This document shows, piece after piece, positions 1 through 10,785 of a stretch of DNA of 64,000 nucleotides (within the stretch, counting starts at the first letter, position 1; each line of letters opens with the position of its first letter). Both the position numbers and the translations under genes were made by a program. The notes below the pieces were generated by a model. The model worked only from the letters and a program-made list of their open reading frames with translations. It did not search any database and had not been told where the DNA came from. The stretch comes from Selaginella moellendorffii (Eukaryota; Plantae; Lycopodiophyta), in the NCBI RefSeq assembly GCF_000143415.4, contig NW_003314266.1:2523856-2587855 (forward strand), written 5' to 3'.

Positions 1-1561
1 GAGGAGTCGTCAATAGCTCTTTGAGATTCACGAACGCCCGCTCACAATCCGGAGACCAGATAAAAGATGACGTTGATGGCTTCAGCAACACTCGCAATGG
101 TGTAGTGCGATCGGAAAGATGATCCACAAAACGACCGAGATACTGCACCTTACCCAAAAAGCGCTGCATATCATTCACACACTTCGGAGTAGGGAACTTT
201 AGAACAGCCACAAGTTTGTCAGGATCAACTTGCAAACCCTCACGAGAAATACGGTACCCAAGATAAGTTGTGTCCTTGGACCCAAACACGCACTTTGACC
301 GCTTCAGCTTTAAACCAACATCACGTAATCGATCCAACACTTTACAAACATCACGAACGTGCTCCTCCCACGTCCCCTCCGAGTGGATCAAGACATCATC
401 AATGAAGTCAACAGTCACCTTCGGCATATTGCAAAGAACCTCGTCCATCATCCGCTGGAAAGTTGCTGGAGCATTGTTCAAACCAAACGGCATCACCAAG
501 AACTCGTATAAACCAAATGGTGTACGAAAAGTAGTCTTAGGAATATCTTCTTCGGCCATCGGTACTTGCCAATACCCAGAAGCAAGATCTAGCTTGGTGA
601 ACCAACGACTTCGCCCCAGACGATCCAAGGGATCAGCAGTGTGAGGAAGAGGATACACATCTGGGATTGTCACTTCGTTTAACGGACGATAATCGATGCA
701 GAAACGAATACTCCCATCAGGCTTCGTCACAAGATGAGGTTCACATACCCAAGGACTCCGCGACTTCCGAATAACACCCTTCTCCAGCATTTCCTTGACG
801 TTTGCTCGTAAAATCTTGATCTCCTTAGGTGACTGACGACGAACAGGAACCTTGATTGGAAGAGCATCCCCAGTTGGAATCGGATGACGTGTAGCAATCT
901 TGGCCCCAGACGATAGGTCAAATTCAAAGAGATCAGAATACTCCTTCATGAGCCGGTCAACTACTGCAACACAAAGAGCGTCGGAGGGATCGGAAAAGGA
1001 AAAAGTAGAACAAAATGGAAACACAGAAGGAAAGAGTGGGGGAACAAAAGTAATGGAAGCAGAGGTAGAAGTAGAGGGATGAAGGGGTATGGAAGTGAGA
1101 GGAATGGATGAAACATAAGGAAGTATGAGACAAGGGGGGGAAGCCTCAAAGTCACACTTGGCATGATTGCACTGCAACCAATCCATACCAAGAATGAGGT
1201 CAAAAGCTTGACTCGGCACCACCCGCAACGACTGCAACTCAAGCTCGAGATCGCCCACACGCACAACCAGATCCACCTCATCCCGTGCACATGCATGTGT
1301 ACGGCCGTTGCCATAAAGAATAAAAACTGGTTCTGCCGCACGACGCAAGTGTAGACGACAACATGTGGCAACAGGTCGAGCAATAGAAAATAAACTCGAA
1401 CCTGTATCAACCAACACGGAGAGAATAATAAGAAACCTCTTGTTATAAAAATGAGCTTGGAAAGTAAACATTGGATGAACTGGTGCCGAGTGAACCCCTT
1501 GATAATACTCCCGAAAGAAAGATGGAGGGGTCACTAATTTATTCGCGCAAGGTCCCTCCAT
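1..1561 (-). CDS. pol: pol (aspartic protease + reverse transcriptase), partial; absent from ORF track because it has no stop in the window
   Basis: Hand translation: [60 protein letters not shown]; no stops found. Confidence 0.9.
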   Translation of the reverse strand, partial: MEGPCANKLVTPPSFFREYYQGVHSAPVHPMFTFQAHFYNKRFLIILSVLVDTGSSLFSIARPVATCCRLHLRRAAEPVFILYGNGRTHACARDEVDLVVRVGDLELELQSLRVVPSQAFDLILGMDWLQCNHAKCDFEASPPCLILPYVSSIPLTSIPLHPSTSTSASITFVPPLFPSVFPFCSTFSFSDPSDALCVAVVDRLMKEYSDLFEFDLSSGAKIATRHPIPTGDALPIKVPVRRQSPKEIKILRANVKEMLEKGVIRKSRSPWVCEPHLVTKPDGSIRFCIDYRPLNEVTIPDVYPLPHTADPLDRLGRSRWFTKLDLASGYWQVPMAEEDIPKTTFRTPFGLYEFLVMPFGLNNAPATFQRMMDEVLCNMPKVTVDFIDDVLIHSEGTWEEHVRDVCKVLDRLRDVGLKLKRSKCVFGSKDTTYLGYRISREGLQVDPDKLVAVLKFPTPKCVNDMQRFLGKVQYLGRFVDHLSDRTTPLRVLLKPSTSSFIWSPDCERAFVNLKELLTTP

Positions 1562-2451
1562 TACTCGCGCGACTCCTCATTTCCCGGATGCATCTCAGTG
1601 TCCAGACCTTCCACTGCAGCAGCACCCAGGGGACGTTGCTGACGCCAAGGTCTCCACCCAGGAAATGGAGGTCGCCAATCCGGAAAACGACGGCAATGCT
1701 GATAAGTATGACCAACTTCATCACACGCCCAGCAGCGAACATCACGGCCACGACCACGTCCTCGCGCTTGTCCTTGGACTCGAGCAGCAGCAGCATCAAC
1801 CTCCATTGGAACAGGACCATCACCCATAGAAAGTGGAGCGGAAGGACGTACAGCGAGAAGTGGAAGAGGCGACGTCTCATAATGTTGTGCCAAGCGAAGA
1901 GCATCGTCAAGGGTGGTAGGAGCAAGTGCATGCACAAGTCCGACAAGATATTGACGAAGTGCTAGCCACAACATTCCTAGTTTGATCCGCTCCGACATAT
2001 TTGGCTCTGCACGAAGCAAAAGACTTCGGAAACAAACGCCAAATTGCATCACCGACTCAGATGGCCCTTGGCGAAGACGATGCAATTGTTGAAAAGCATC
2101 ATCACAATCATCGGCATGTCCGAAGGCGCGTTTGAAGACGTCCGGGAGAACACTCCAATCCCCACGAGTGGCTGCGCTCAAGCCATTGTACCACTGCAAC
2201 GCCGTCCCTTGGAGACACGTGGGAAACTCACGCAACTGTCGAGCATCATCCCAAGAATGATATGTGGCAATCACCGTAAAGTGATCGAACCAATAGTACA
2301 CATCATCCTCAGGATTCCCGCGAAAGAACTCCGGCCGAATACGAGGATTGGCACCAAGAGCAGGAAGAGTTATACCACGTGCTGTGAACGCCGCCATCAA
2401 CTGAGTTTTGTTGTTCAATTGCAAGCGCATAGCATCAAGCAATTGAACCAA
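1561..2451 (-). CDS. gag: gag (retrotransposon gag domain + zinc knuckle)
   Basis: PEFFRG..EDD..W, LQGTALQWY, LRQGPSESV, PVPMEVD, CWACDEVGHTYQHC. Confidence 0.9.
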   Translation of the reverse strand: MVQLLDAMRLQLNNKTQLMAAFTARGITLPALGANPRIRPEFFRGNPEDDVYYWFDHFTVIATYHSWDDARQLREFPTCLQGTALQWYNGLSAATRGDWSVLPDVFKRAFGHADDCDDAFQQLHRLRQGPSESVMQFGVCFRSLLLRAEPNMSERIKLGMLWLALRQYLVGLVHALAPTTLDDALRLAQHYETSPLPLLAVRPSAPLSMGDGPVPMEVDAAAARVQGQARGRGRGRDVRCWACDEVGHTYQHCRRFPDWRPPFPGWRPWRQQRPLGAAAVEGLDTEMHPGNEESRE

Positions 2452-2711
2452 CTACTGCTCTAAAGTCAAAAGAGGAGATTGCGGATCAGCTATGAAGATG
2501 AACTAAAAAAGAAAGAGCAAAAGAAGAGAAATGACAAAAAAGCTAGAAAGAAATAGTAGATCTAAACAATACAAAAAGTTAGATCTAAACCAAAATTCTG
2601 AAAGGAAAGAACAAAAGAAAGGAAATGGAAAAAGCTAGATTTAGACGATGCAAAAGCTAGATCTAAACCGAAATCCCAAATCCAAACACTCCCTAGGGAC
2701 AATCAAAGGTG

Positions 2712-2727
2712 CCCCTCATCTCCACCA
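2712..2727 (-). promoter_or_regulatory. Primer binding site complementary to tRNA-Ala 3' end
   Basis: Plus strand CCCCTCATCTCCACCA vs plant tRNA-Ala 3' end CCCCGCATCTCCACCA, 1 nt from LTR end. Confidence 0.75.
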
Positions 2728-2728
2728 A

Positions 2729-2902
2729 TGTGAGTGCATGGAATATGGAAAGAGAATACAGAAATGTGCATATTAATTAGCCCAAAAACCTTAGCTTATA
2801 TACAGGAGCGAGTGGTCTAGATTGAAACCAATCTGACGGCTACCAAAATCCATTACGCTAATATTAGTATATGGCATCGTAGCCGTACACTTGGCCCTCA
2901 CA
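2729..2902 (-). repeat. 5' LTR, 174 bp
   Basis: Terminal inverted repeat TGTGAG...CTCACA; homologous copy at 43433-43607. Confidence 0.88.
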
Positions 2903-3346
2903 AAATCAGATTTTTTAGTTGAAATTAAACATTTTTAGTAATTATTATGTTATGCTTATATGTTTTTTTATAATACACTCATTTTTTTAACAAATTAGTT
3001 AAATTAATATTCTTAGAATTAGTGGAAATGGTGCTACTGTATAATCAAAGTATTTGGAATTATTGCCTAAAATTACCAGTGAATGTCTCTCTCAACCTTT
3101 AAAACCATATATGAAAATGGAATTTTGAATATAAACATTCTTATAAGAACCTTTTTAATATATATAAATGTTATATAAGACTTAAAGAGTGTGGTAATGC
3201 CATGTGTTCCTAATAAAAATTAAATCTCAATTAGACTAGTCTTTGATGCTTTATCATTCTAAAGTTTTTGTAAATATGGAATTGATCTTTGTGGATTGTT
3301 TTGCCTAATGAGAGCAACATGACACTTGTTTTTCATATTGTGCTAT

Positions 3347-3766
3347 ATGGTAGACAAGATTATGAATTGTTTATTAATGAATTGTTGGGGAATAAATGGA
3401 CCCATAATTGCAATATATGGAAAAGATATGGATAGATATGAGTTTTTACTCCAGAGGAAGGTTGTACCTTACAATAAATCTATTATAAACTATTTAAATT
3501 TTTTATTAGCAACATTTGAAGACCTTGTTTGTAAATAAGGTGAGCTTAGTTAAAAAATGGTAGACAAGATTATGAATTGTTTATTAATGAATTGTTGGGG
3601 AATAAATGGACCCATAATTGCAATATATGGAAAAGATATGGATAGATATGAGTTTTTACTCCAGAGGAAGGTTGTACCTTACAATAAATCTATTATAAAC
3701 TATTTAAATTTTTTATTAGCAACATTTGAAGACCTTGTTTGTAAATAAGGTGAGCTTAGTTAAAAA
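3347..3766. repeat. Perfect tandem duplication, 2 x 210 bp, AT-rich
   Basis: 3347-3556 appears identical to 3557-3766. Confidence 0.92.
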
Positions 3767-4106
3767 AAATAACAATAAACCATTTTGTGTCAATAATCTT
3801 TTAAATCTAGCTTTAAATTAATTAAATAATTTAAAACAAACTAAATAAGTTGGTTTGAGCAAAATGATTGGTGCATATGCTGTAACGAATATTCTTTATA
3901 TGCTGGTAAAACCTTCTCTTAAGGCGTTCCTAGGTTGGGCTTCGCCGCTCTCAATCAGGTCGATCACTCCAGCTCCAGATCCGGTCGCCCGGGGGACGCC
4001 ATCGCCCGTAAGTAGTGCGCAGTGCACAAGATCTATGCCTGTAGGGTTTTAATCCATGGCGCTCGCTGTGCTTTCTCCTGGCAGGGTTTTTCCAATGTCT
4101 TCTGCC

Positions 4107-5227
4107 ATGAGACCGGTCTTTTGTGGGAACTTCGAGTATGATGCCCGGCAGTCGGAGATAGAGCGGATGTTTGCGAAATTTGGCAAAGTCGATAGAGTGG
4201 ACATGAAAACAGGTAGGCTGTGGATTTTAACAAACACACACACACACTGGTTCAGTGCACTGCAGTCTCTTGAGTGTTCTTCATGTTGTTCTTGGCTGAG
4301 TTCTTCGTCCGCGTCATTCATCATAGGAAAAACATCATAAAAAAAACTACGCACTGCTCTCAACATTTCGTGATGATCTTGCCTGACAACGGTACTGACT
4401 ACGTTGGCATCATTATTTTCTTCCGTTTCATCTCGGACACCAGGCTTCGCCTTTGTTTACATGGAGGACGAACGAGATGCCGAAGACGCCATTCAGGACC
4501 TGGACAACGTCGAGTTTGGCCGCCAGCGACGGCCTCTCCGTGTGGAGTGGGCTAAGGTATGGCATTGAAGCTTCCTTGTTTTTCCTGTGCGTTTCTTCAC
4601 CCAAGTCCGAATCGATTCGTTTGCAGCAAGGTGACAGTGCCATCAAAAGAAGAGAAGACGCCCGAAGAAGCATCACCAAGCAGAGGCCAACCAAGACGCT
4701 GTTCGTCGTCAACTTCGACCCCATCAACACCAGAACGCGCGACTTGGAGCGGCACTTTGAGCCGTATGGCAAGCTCGTCCGGGTGCAAATCCGGAAGAAC
4801 TTCGCATTCGTCCAGTACGAGTCGCAGGAGGAGGCAACCAAGGCTCTGGAATCCACTCACCTGAGGTACTCTCACTTCGCGTTTCGCTGCTTTGGATCTC
4901 TCATAGCTCTTTCCTCTTTGCTTCCTCAGCAAAGTCGTGGACAGGGTGATCAGTGTCGAGTACGCTGCGAGAGAAAATGGTGATCCTCCTGGAAGGGGTC
5001 GACGCAGTCCAAGCCCTCGCCATAGATCACGCGGCAGTCCCGACTATGGGGGTGGTCGTCCACGATCTCCCTATAGCCGCCATCGCAGGTTAGATCAAGC
5101 TTTTCTTCGTTTCTAGTCTTTGGGCTTATTTTCCTTTCTTGTGACTTTCTGTAGCAGTCGCTCCCCAGTAAGACGCTATAGGAGCCGGTCGCCAGATTAT
5201 CGCCCATACTCTGGAAGCCGCCATTAA
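4107..5227 (+). CDS. RS-subfamily serine/arginine-rich splicing factor (two RRMs + RS domain; RS31/RS40-like), 5 coding exons
   Basis: [25 protein letters not shown]|[24 protein letters not shown]|..[22 protein letters not shown]; RSP-rich tail; GT-AG introns; probable 5'UTR intron ~4007-4084; alternative in-frame ATG at 4095. Confidence 0.93.
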
Positions 5228-5364
5228 AAGTTTTCAACGACGCAGAAACGCTGGATTTGTTTGCTTGGTTCTTTTTACAATGTATAGCTAATATTCTATC
5301 TTGTAACTGTTCTTAAAAACTCTATTAATTCTGTTTAGCAAAGTTAATATGTATTATGGGATAA

Positions 5365-5380
5365 GCGGGGGTAGCTCATA

Positions 5381-5412
<32 letters not shown>

Positions 5413-5437
5413 GTGTGTTCGATCCACGCCCACCGCA
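5365..5437 (+). tRNA. tRNA-Phe(GAA)
   Basis: GCGGGGGTAGCTCA...CTGAAGA...GTTCGATCC...CACCGCA; matches plant cytosolic tRNA-Phe, with compensatory G7-C66 pair. Confidence 0.96.
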
Positions 5438-5443
5438 TTTTTT
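5438..5443 (+). terminator. Pol III poly-T terminator
   Basis: TTTTTT directly after tRNA discriminator base. Confidence 0.8.
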
Positions 5444-5491
5444 AAATTTAAACCTAAGTGTCATACGTTTTAGGGTTTTAGCTCTTTGGCG

Positions 5492-6107
5492 ATGGCTAGC
5501 GAGGACGCAGAGAAGGAGGCCGTGCGCGTCGCCGTGAAGGAGATTTTGAGCGAGGAGGACATGGACGTGGTGACGGAAGGGATGGTGAGGAAGAAGGCGG
5601 CGGAGCGAGCGGGCGTGGAGGTATCCGCGCCGTGGTTCAAGGGATTTGTCAAGCAGCTCATCCAGGAATTTGTAAGTGCTAGGCAGGACAAGAGCAAGAG
5701 AGGAGAAGAAGAAGAAGAAGAAGAGAAAGGAGATGAGAATGCTGGCTCCCAAGAATCCTCCAAAGCTATGCTAGCGGAAGGGGAGGACGAGATCATTTGC
5801 CAGGTGATTGATCGATCGACCAAAGCGTTCTTTTTGTTTGCTGATAATCTCTTGCAGCTATCAGGCAAGAGGAACGTTAGCGTCCAGAATTTCAGAGGCA
5901 AAGCGCTCGTTTCGATCCGCGAGTACTATGAGAAGGATGGGAAAACGCTACCGTCCAGCAAAGGTGCGTTACTGGAGATCAAATTCTCATAGTTTCTCTA
6001 ATCTTTGTTCTTTTTTCTTAGCAGGAATTAGCCTTACGATCGATCAGTGGGAGGCTCTCAAGAAAGAGCTCCCGGCGATTAGACAAGCCATCGAATCACT
6101 GCAGTGA
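5492..6107 (+). CDS. KELP: Transcriptional coactivator KELP (DEK-C + PC4 ssDNA-binding domain), 3 exons
   Basis: VKEILSEEDMDVVTEGMVRK; LSGKRNVSVQNFRGKALVSIREYYEKDGKTLPSSK|GISLTIDQWEAL. Confidence 0.9.
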
Positions 6108-6334
6108 ATCGAGAAAAATCGCGCAAGCGTTTTGTAAGGTTGGAGAGCTTGTAAGTTTGACCATTGGCGATTTCTAGCGTGTCGACATTGTCGTGCTTGT
6201 GTGTCGACACATTGGAAATTTTCAATTAATGTTCTTAGGGTTGATAAAAATTTAGGGATTTCCAAAGAGCTATGGGCGCCAGGAGGAGCAGCTGGATTCT
6301 CCTGCTGCAGCGCGGGTAGGCTAGCAGGGATTCC

Positions 6335-9300
6335 ATGGCGGCAGCGGCGGCATCAGCTGCGGCGATGAATGCTTGGCGCGCCAATGCCGGCGTCACAGCT
6401 TGCAAGACGTCTTTTGGATCGTCGTCCAGGGGCTGTGCGATCCACAGGCGATCGCAATGCCGGGCCTTGCAGCTGAGATTTCGTGGTGCCGTGTGGAAAG
6501 CGATTGTCTGGGAGGTGAAGAGCACGAGATCCATTCGTCGTCGCAGATGCTGCTACACAGTATGCTTTGGCCACAGCCAAGATCACGGCGATCATTCGCA
6601 TTCTCACCATCACCATCACGAGCACGAGCACGAGCACGGGCATTGCCATTCGACGCAGGACAGCCGCGACTGGAATTTCGTCCAGCGAGCGCTCATCACG
6701 GTTGCCGATGCCACTGGCATTGCTGCTGTCGCGAATTCCTGGCGTGACAGCCTCCAATTGTGCTGTGTCTCGATTGGTCTTGTGTTCTTGGCGATTTTTT
6801 CGCCTCGGCTACTACCACGAGCTAGAGGCCTCCAAACCGGTCTCGCCATTGTTGCTTTTTCGCTCACAGGGGTAAGTGACAAGTGTTCTTCCAGAGTGTT
6901 CTCGTGATTATTTATTGAGTCTTTTTTCAGGTTCCAGCAGTGTTGGATGCTTGCATGGATGTTGCTGGTGGCAAAGTAAACATTCATGTCCTCATGGCGC
7001 TCGCGGCATTTGGTTCGGTTTTCATGGGAAATGCTCTTGAGGGTGCTTTGCTTCTGGCGATGTTTAGTCTATCGCACCAAGGTATTTGTTTGAAAATATT
7101 TCTTTTCCTACGAGTTCGTGCTTTTGCAGCCGAGGAGTACTTCACAAACCGGGCTCTGGGCGACGTGAAGGCCCTGAAGAAAAGCAATCCCGAGTTTGCT
7201 CTGGTCTTGGATCGCGAGGTTTCATCGCACTCGCATCTGAGTACGACCGTGCCTTACGTCGAAGTAGATGTGTCCAAGGTCGAAGTCGGGGCTTTACTGC
7301 TCGTGAAAGCGGGTGAGGTATATTGAGATGTTTCTACCAGACATGCTTGATTGTAGCGTTTCTTTCGTTTGCAACAGGGAGTGCCTGTTGATTGCCAAGT
7401 ATGGCAAGGGAGATCAACTGTGACAGTCGAGCATCTCACCGGAGAAGCACATCCCTTAGACAAGCGAGTGGGAGATACCATTCCGGGAGGAGCTCGGAAT
7501 CTCGATGGAATGCTAATCGTGAAGGTTTGTTAGTATATCTTTATAGTCTCTTTCAACTTGACCGCGGGTTTACAGGCTACCAAAACTTGGGAAGAATCTA
7601 CACTTGCAAGGATCATGAAGTTGACTGAAGAGGCACAAGCAAACAAGCCGAGACTGCAAAGGTGGCTTGACGAATTTGGCGAAAAGTACAGTAAAGCGGT
7701 CGTAGCAATGTCCGTGACCGTAGCTGCTTTGGGACCATTTGTTTTCAAGTGGCCTTTCCTCAGCACTTCAGGTTGGTCAGTAATCTCCCGTGGTATTTTT
7801 GAGTCATGCTTATAGATCGTGCTGACAGGCGTGCGGGGATCACTGTATAGAGGACTCGGCCTCATGGTTGCAGCATCTCCTTGCGCCTTGGCGGTGGCAC
7901 CTCTGGCTTATGCGACTGCAATAAGTTCTTGCGCTAGTAAGGTGAGATATATCGTTTTCCTGTTTCTTTGATTCATTTCTCTAATGTGCTTTGACAGGGC
8001 ATTCTACTCAAGGGTGGCGAAGTATTTGATGCTCTTGCAGCCTGTGACACTGTCGCGTTTGATAAGACTGGCACCCTTACAACCGGCGAACTTGAGTGCA
8101 AGGCCATTGAGCCTATCCATGGCCACCTTGGTGCAGGGAAGGCCAATTGCTGTAATCCAAGTTGCGAGGTGGAGGCCCTTGCTGTAGCAGCCGCGATGGA
8201 GCGTGGAGCGACACATCCAATTGCTCGGTAAACAGTATATGTGGTTTTTGTTTGGAGTTTGGAATGTGGCTGACTGCGTTTATCTTTTATAGAGCCGTTG
8301 TGGAGCATAGTGAAGGGAAAGAGCTACCGTCCATTGTGATTGATACTTTTGAGTCCTTGCCTGGACAAGGATTGTTTGCCACAATTGCAAATCGCAAGGT
8401 ACTAGTTGGAACTTATTTTCCTTTCTTCTGAAACTTCCGTGTGTAGTCCGGCCACAAAGCCTTGATAGGCTCGTTGGACTACATTGCTTCTTCCTTTCCA
8501 AGCATGTCTAGCTCCCAGAAGGTCAGGGAGGCAGCGAGACTGTCGATCCATGGAAATGACTTGGTGCACGCGGTCCTCTCAATCGATGAGAAAGTACGTC
8601 ATTTGTTTTTACCTTCATCTTAGTAACCAGTTTTTAGACAGGTTACATTGTTTCACTTTGAAGACAAGATTCGTGCTGGAACGGCAGAAGTTCTGCGATC
8701 GTTGAAGGAAGAAGCAGGACTCAAGCTTCTGATGCTAACCGGTGATCATCCTGCCAGTGCCCAGCGAGTGGCAAACGCTGTAGGCATTGAAGAGGTACAC
8801 TCGGATCTTCGGCCCGAGGATAAGCTTCTCCATGTCAAAAAGCTTGCGCGACAAAGAGGTGCCTGCTCAAAGTTACCAACTTGCATCTCGTCTCACCTCT
8901 GTCTCCTTTGTTAGATGAAGGTAATCTGGGAGGTTTGATAATGGTGGGAGACGGCGTGAACGATGCTCCGGCACTGGCAGCCGCCACCGTGGGTATCGTT
9001 TTGGCTCGCTTTGCAAGCGCAACTGCTGTGGCAGTGGCAGACGTACTGCTGCTCAAAGATGCAATCGACGGAGTTCCATTTGTGATCTCCAAAGCCCGGC
9101 AAACGACTTCTCTGGTATGTTGTGTCCTATCTTGTCCTTTTTAAAACTCCGAACATTCACAGGTGAAACAAAATGTCATCCTGGCGATGGCATCGATTGT
9201 AGTGGCCGCATTGTCTTCTGTGGGAGGGCTGCTTCCACTGTGGATAACGGTGAATACTACTAAACTTTTAAGATTACCTGTGTGCTAACACACGAAGTCT

Positions 9301-9466
9301 ATTGCAGGTTCTACTTCACGAAGGTGGGACTTTACTCGTTTGCGTCAACTCGGTTCGTGCCTTGAATGAGCCTTTGTGGTCGTCACAATGGAGAAGAGAT
9401 ATGGTAAGTTTCATTCAAGGCTTGATAGGTGATAGAACGAGGAAAGAAGCAGCACATGTAATCTAA
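6335..9466 (+). CDS. HMA1: Chloroplast heavy-metal P1B-4 ATPase HMA1, multi-exon
   Basis: Transit-like N-terminus, poly-His tract, VNIHVLMALAA, TGE, SPCALAVAP, DKTGTLT, HP, MLTGD, GDGVNDAPAL, HEGGT. Confidence 0.93.
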
Positions 9467-9611
9467 TAAGGTGAGAAGATCAGCAAGTAACTAAGCATCT
9501 AAATGCCATGGATCTAATCTAAAATAAACGTTCCTCTAGCCGTGGCACTACAAGAACTACTATCATTCCTACAAAACAAGAACTACTACAAGAAGTCAAA
9601 AGAAAATTTGA

Positions 9612-9770
9612 TCAAACCGATCCATTTTCTTCCTCCTTTGTCTCGGTTTCCGTCACCACCAACTTCCTGGTCCATAGTTGAGCGTATAAAAGCCACTGGC
9701 AAACAAAACAAGAACTAACACCCATTCCAAAGGCCCGAGCGAGGTTGAATGGCCTTCGAGCCGCAATAAT
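9612..9770 (-). pseudogene. Eroded relic of BAT1-type permease 3' end
   Basis: Colinear blocks similar to 10786-11070 (tcaaaccgatccattt, catagttgagcg, agccactggcaa, aaaggccc) separated by deletions. Confidence 0.7.
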
Positions 9771-10418
9771 AATAATACATGTTTTTGTCTTTCGGGTAAG
9801 ACCACCTTAAACTCGGTGACACGAAAAAATGTGATCAATTAGACTTCCACCATAGGAACAGCATGGAAAATCCCCGCTTTGTTGCTTCTGCTACTTGCAT
9901 TGTCGACTTTTGAGATTAGTCTTTATTGCACCATTGCCTTGCCCAGAACAGCTTTCACGGTCTGGAGAAGTGATCACAGCTACAAAAATTTAGACCAATA
10001 GTAATTCCGTGAACTTCCTAGTTAGCTGTTCTGATTTCCACTATAGTTAAAAAGGACTTTCAGGCTGCATATTCATTCATTCATTAACTGTTCCAAGAAG
10101 CATGAGACCGACGGATTACAATAAGCTGTTTTGATGATCTCATGAGATATTTGTTTGCTGAGCTCCTCCAGGTCTTGTACCACCACGCCTTCTGTCCCCG
10201 CCCTCTGTTTCACCGACCTACCAAAATATATGAATACAGCCAGGAAGGGCTCGCATTTCCATCTGAGAAGCGGAAATGCAGCTTATTCTCTATAGGATAT
10301 TTTAATTTAGATTCTGGCGCGACGCTTGCTATGGCTCGTCCTTCTCATCTGCATGGCCTTTCTTGATTGCCTCAGGCCTGGAGATGTCTGGAGATTTGTC
10401 ACTTCTGCGTCGTCTTTG

Positions 10419-10575
10419 TGGTGGATCAAGCTGGACAGAAGGCCGACTTCGCAGATTTCAGCGCCGCGATGAAGAATGTGGAGAGCATTGTGGCGGCCGA
10501 CCCATCGGTCATGAATAGATTGGGCCCGTGAGGGTCCGACATTGGAGAAAGGAAGAGGAAATGCCGCTAATAAGA
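10419..10575 (+). pseudogene. Eroded relic of lipoxygenase 3' end
   Basis: tggatcaagctggacag, cgccgcgatgaagaatgtggag, agattggg, gaagaggaaa match LOX1 15625-16180 with large deletions. Confidence 0.75.
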
Positions 10576-10785
10576 ATTTCTGTAATAGATTCTCTATTCG
10601 AAAACGAGTGTAAAATAACGAACAAATCATTGTCCTAGTACTTTGTGGACATATACTTTTCTTTAGCCTTGGCACTATATCAAAGAGAGAAGAACTTTCT
10701 ATACCATTTTGGTTCATTCCTAGAAGCCAGAAACTACTACATCACTGCAGATTCCAAGTCCAAAAATGATTTGATAGCTAGACCA

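Larger units (their letters stand above)
1..2902 (-). mobile_element. Ty3/gypsy LTR retrotransposon (5' portion, runs off window start), apparently young
   Basis: On the minus strand: LTR (TG...CA), PBS, gag with CCHC knuckle, then open PR-RT frame in gypsy order. Confidence 0.93.

Noticed and set aside
270-2463. Plus-strand ORFs (270-644, 1471-1965, 2044-2463)
   Set aside because: Antisense shadows of gag/pol; no independent motifs
3326-3748. Two identical short ORFs
   Set aside because: By-product of an AT-rich duplication; no domain or splice support
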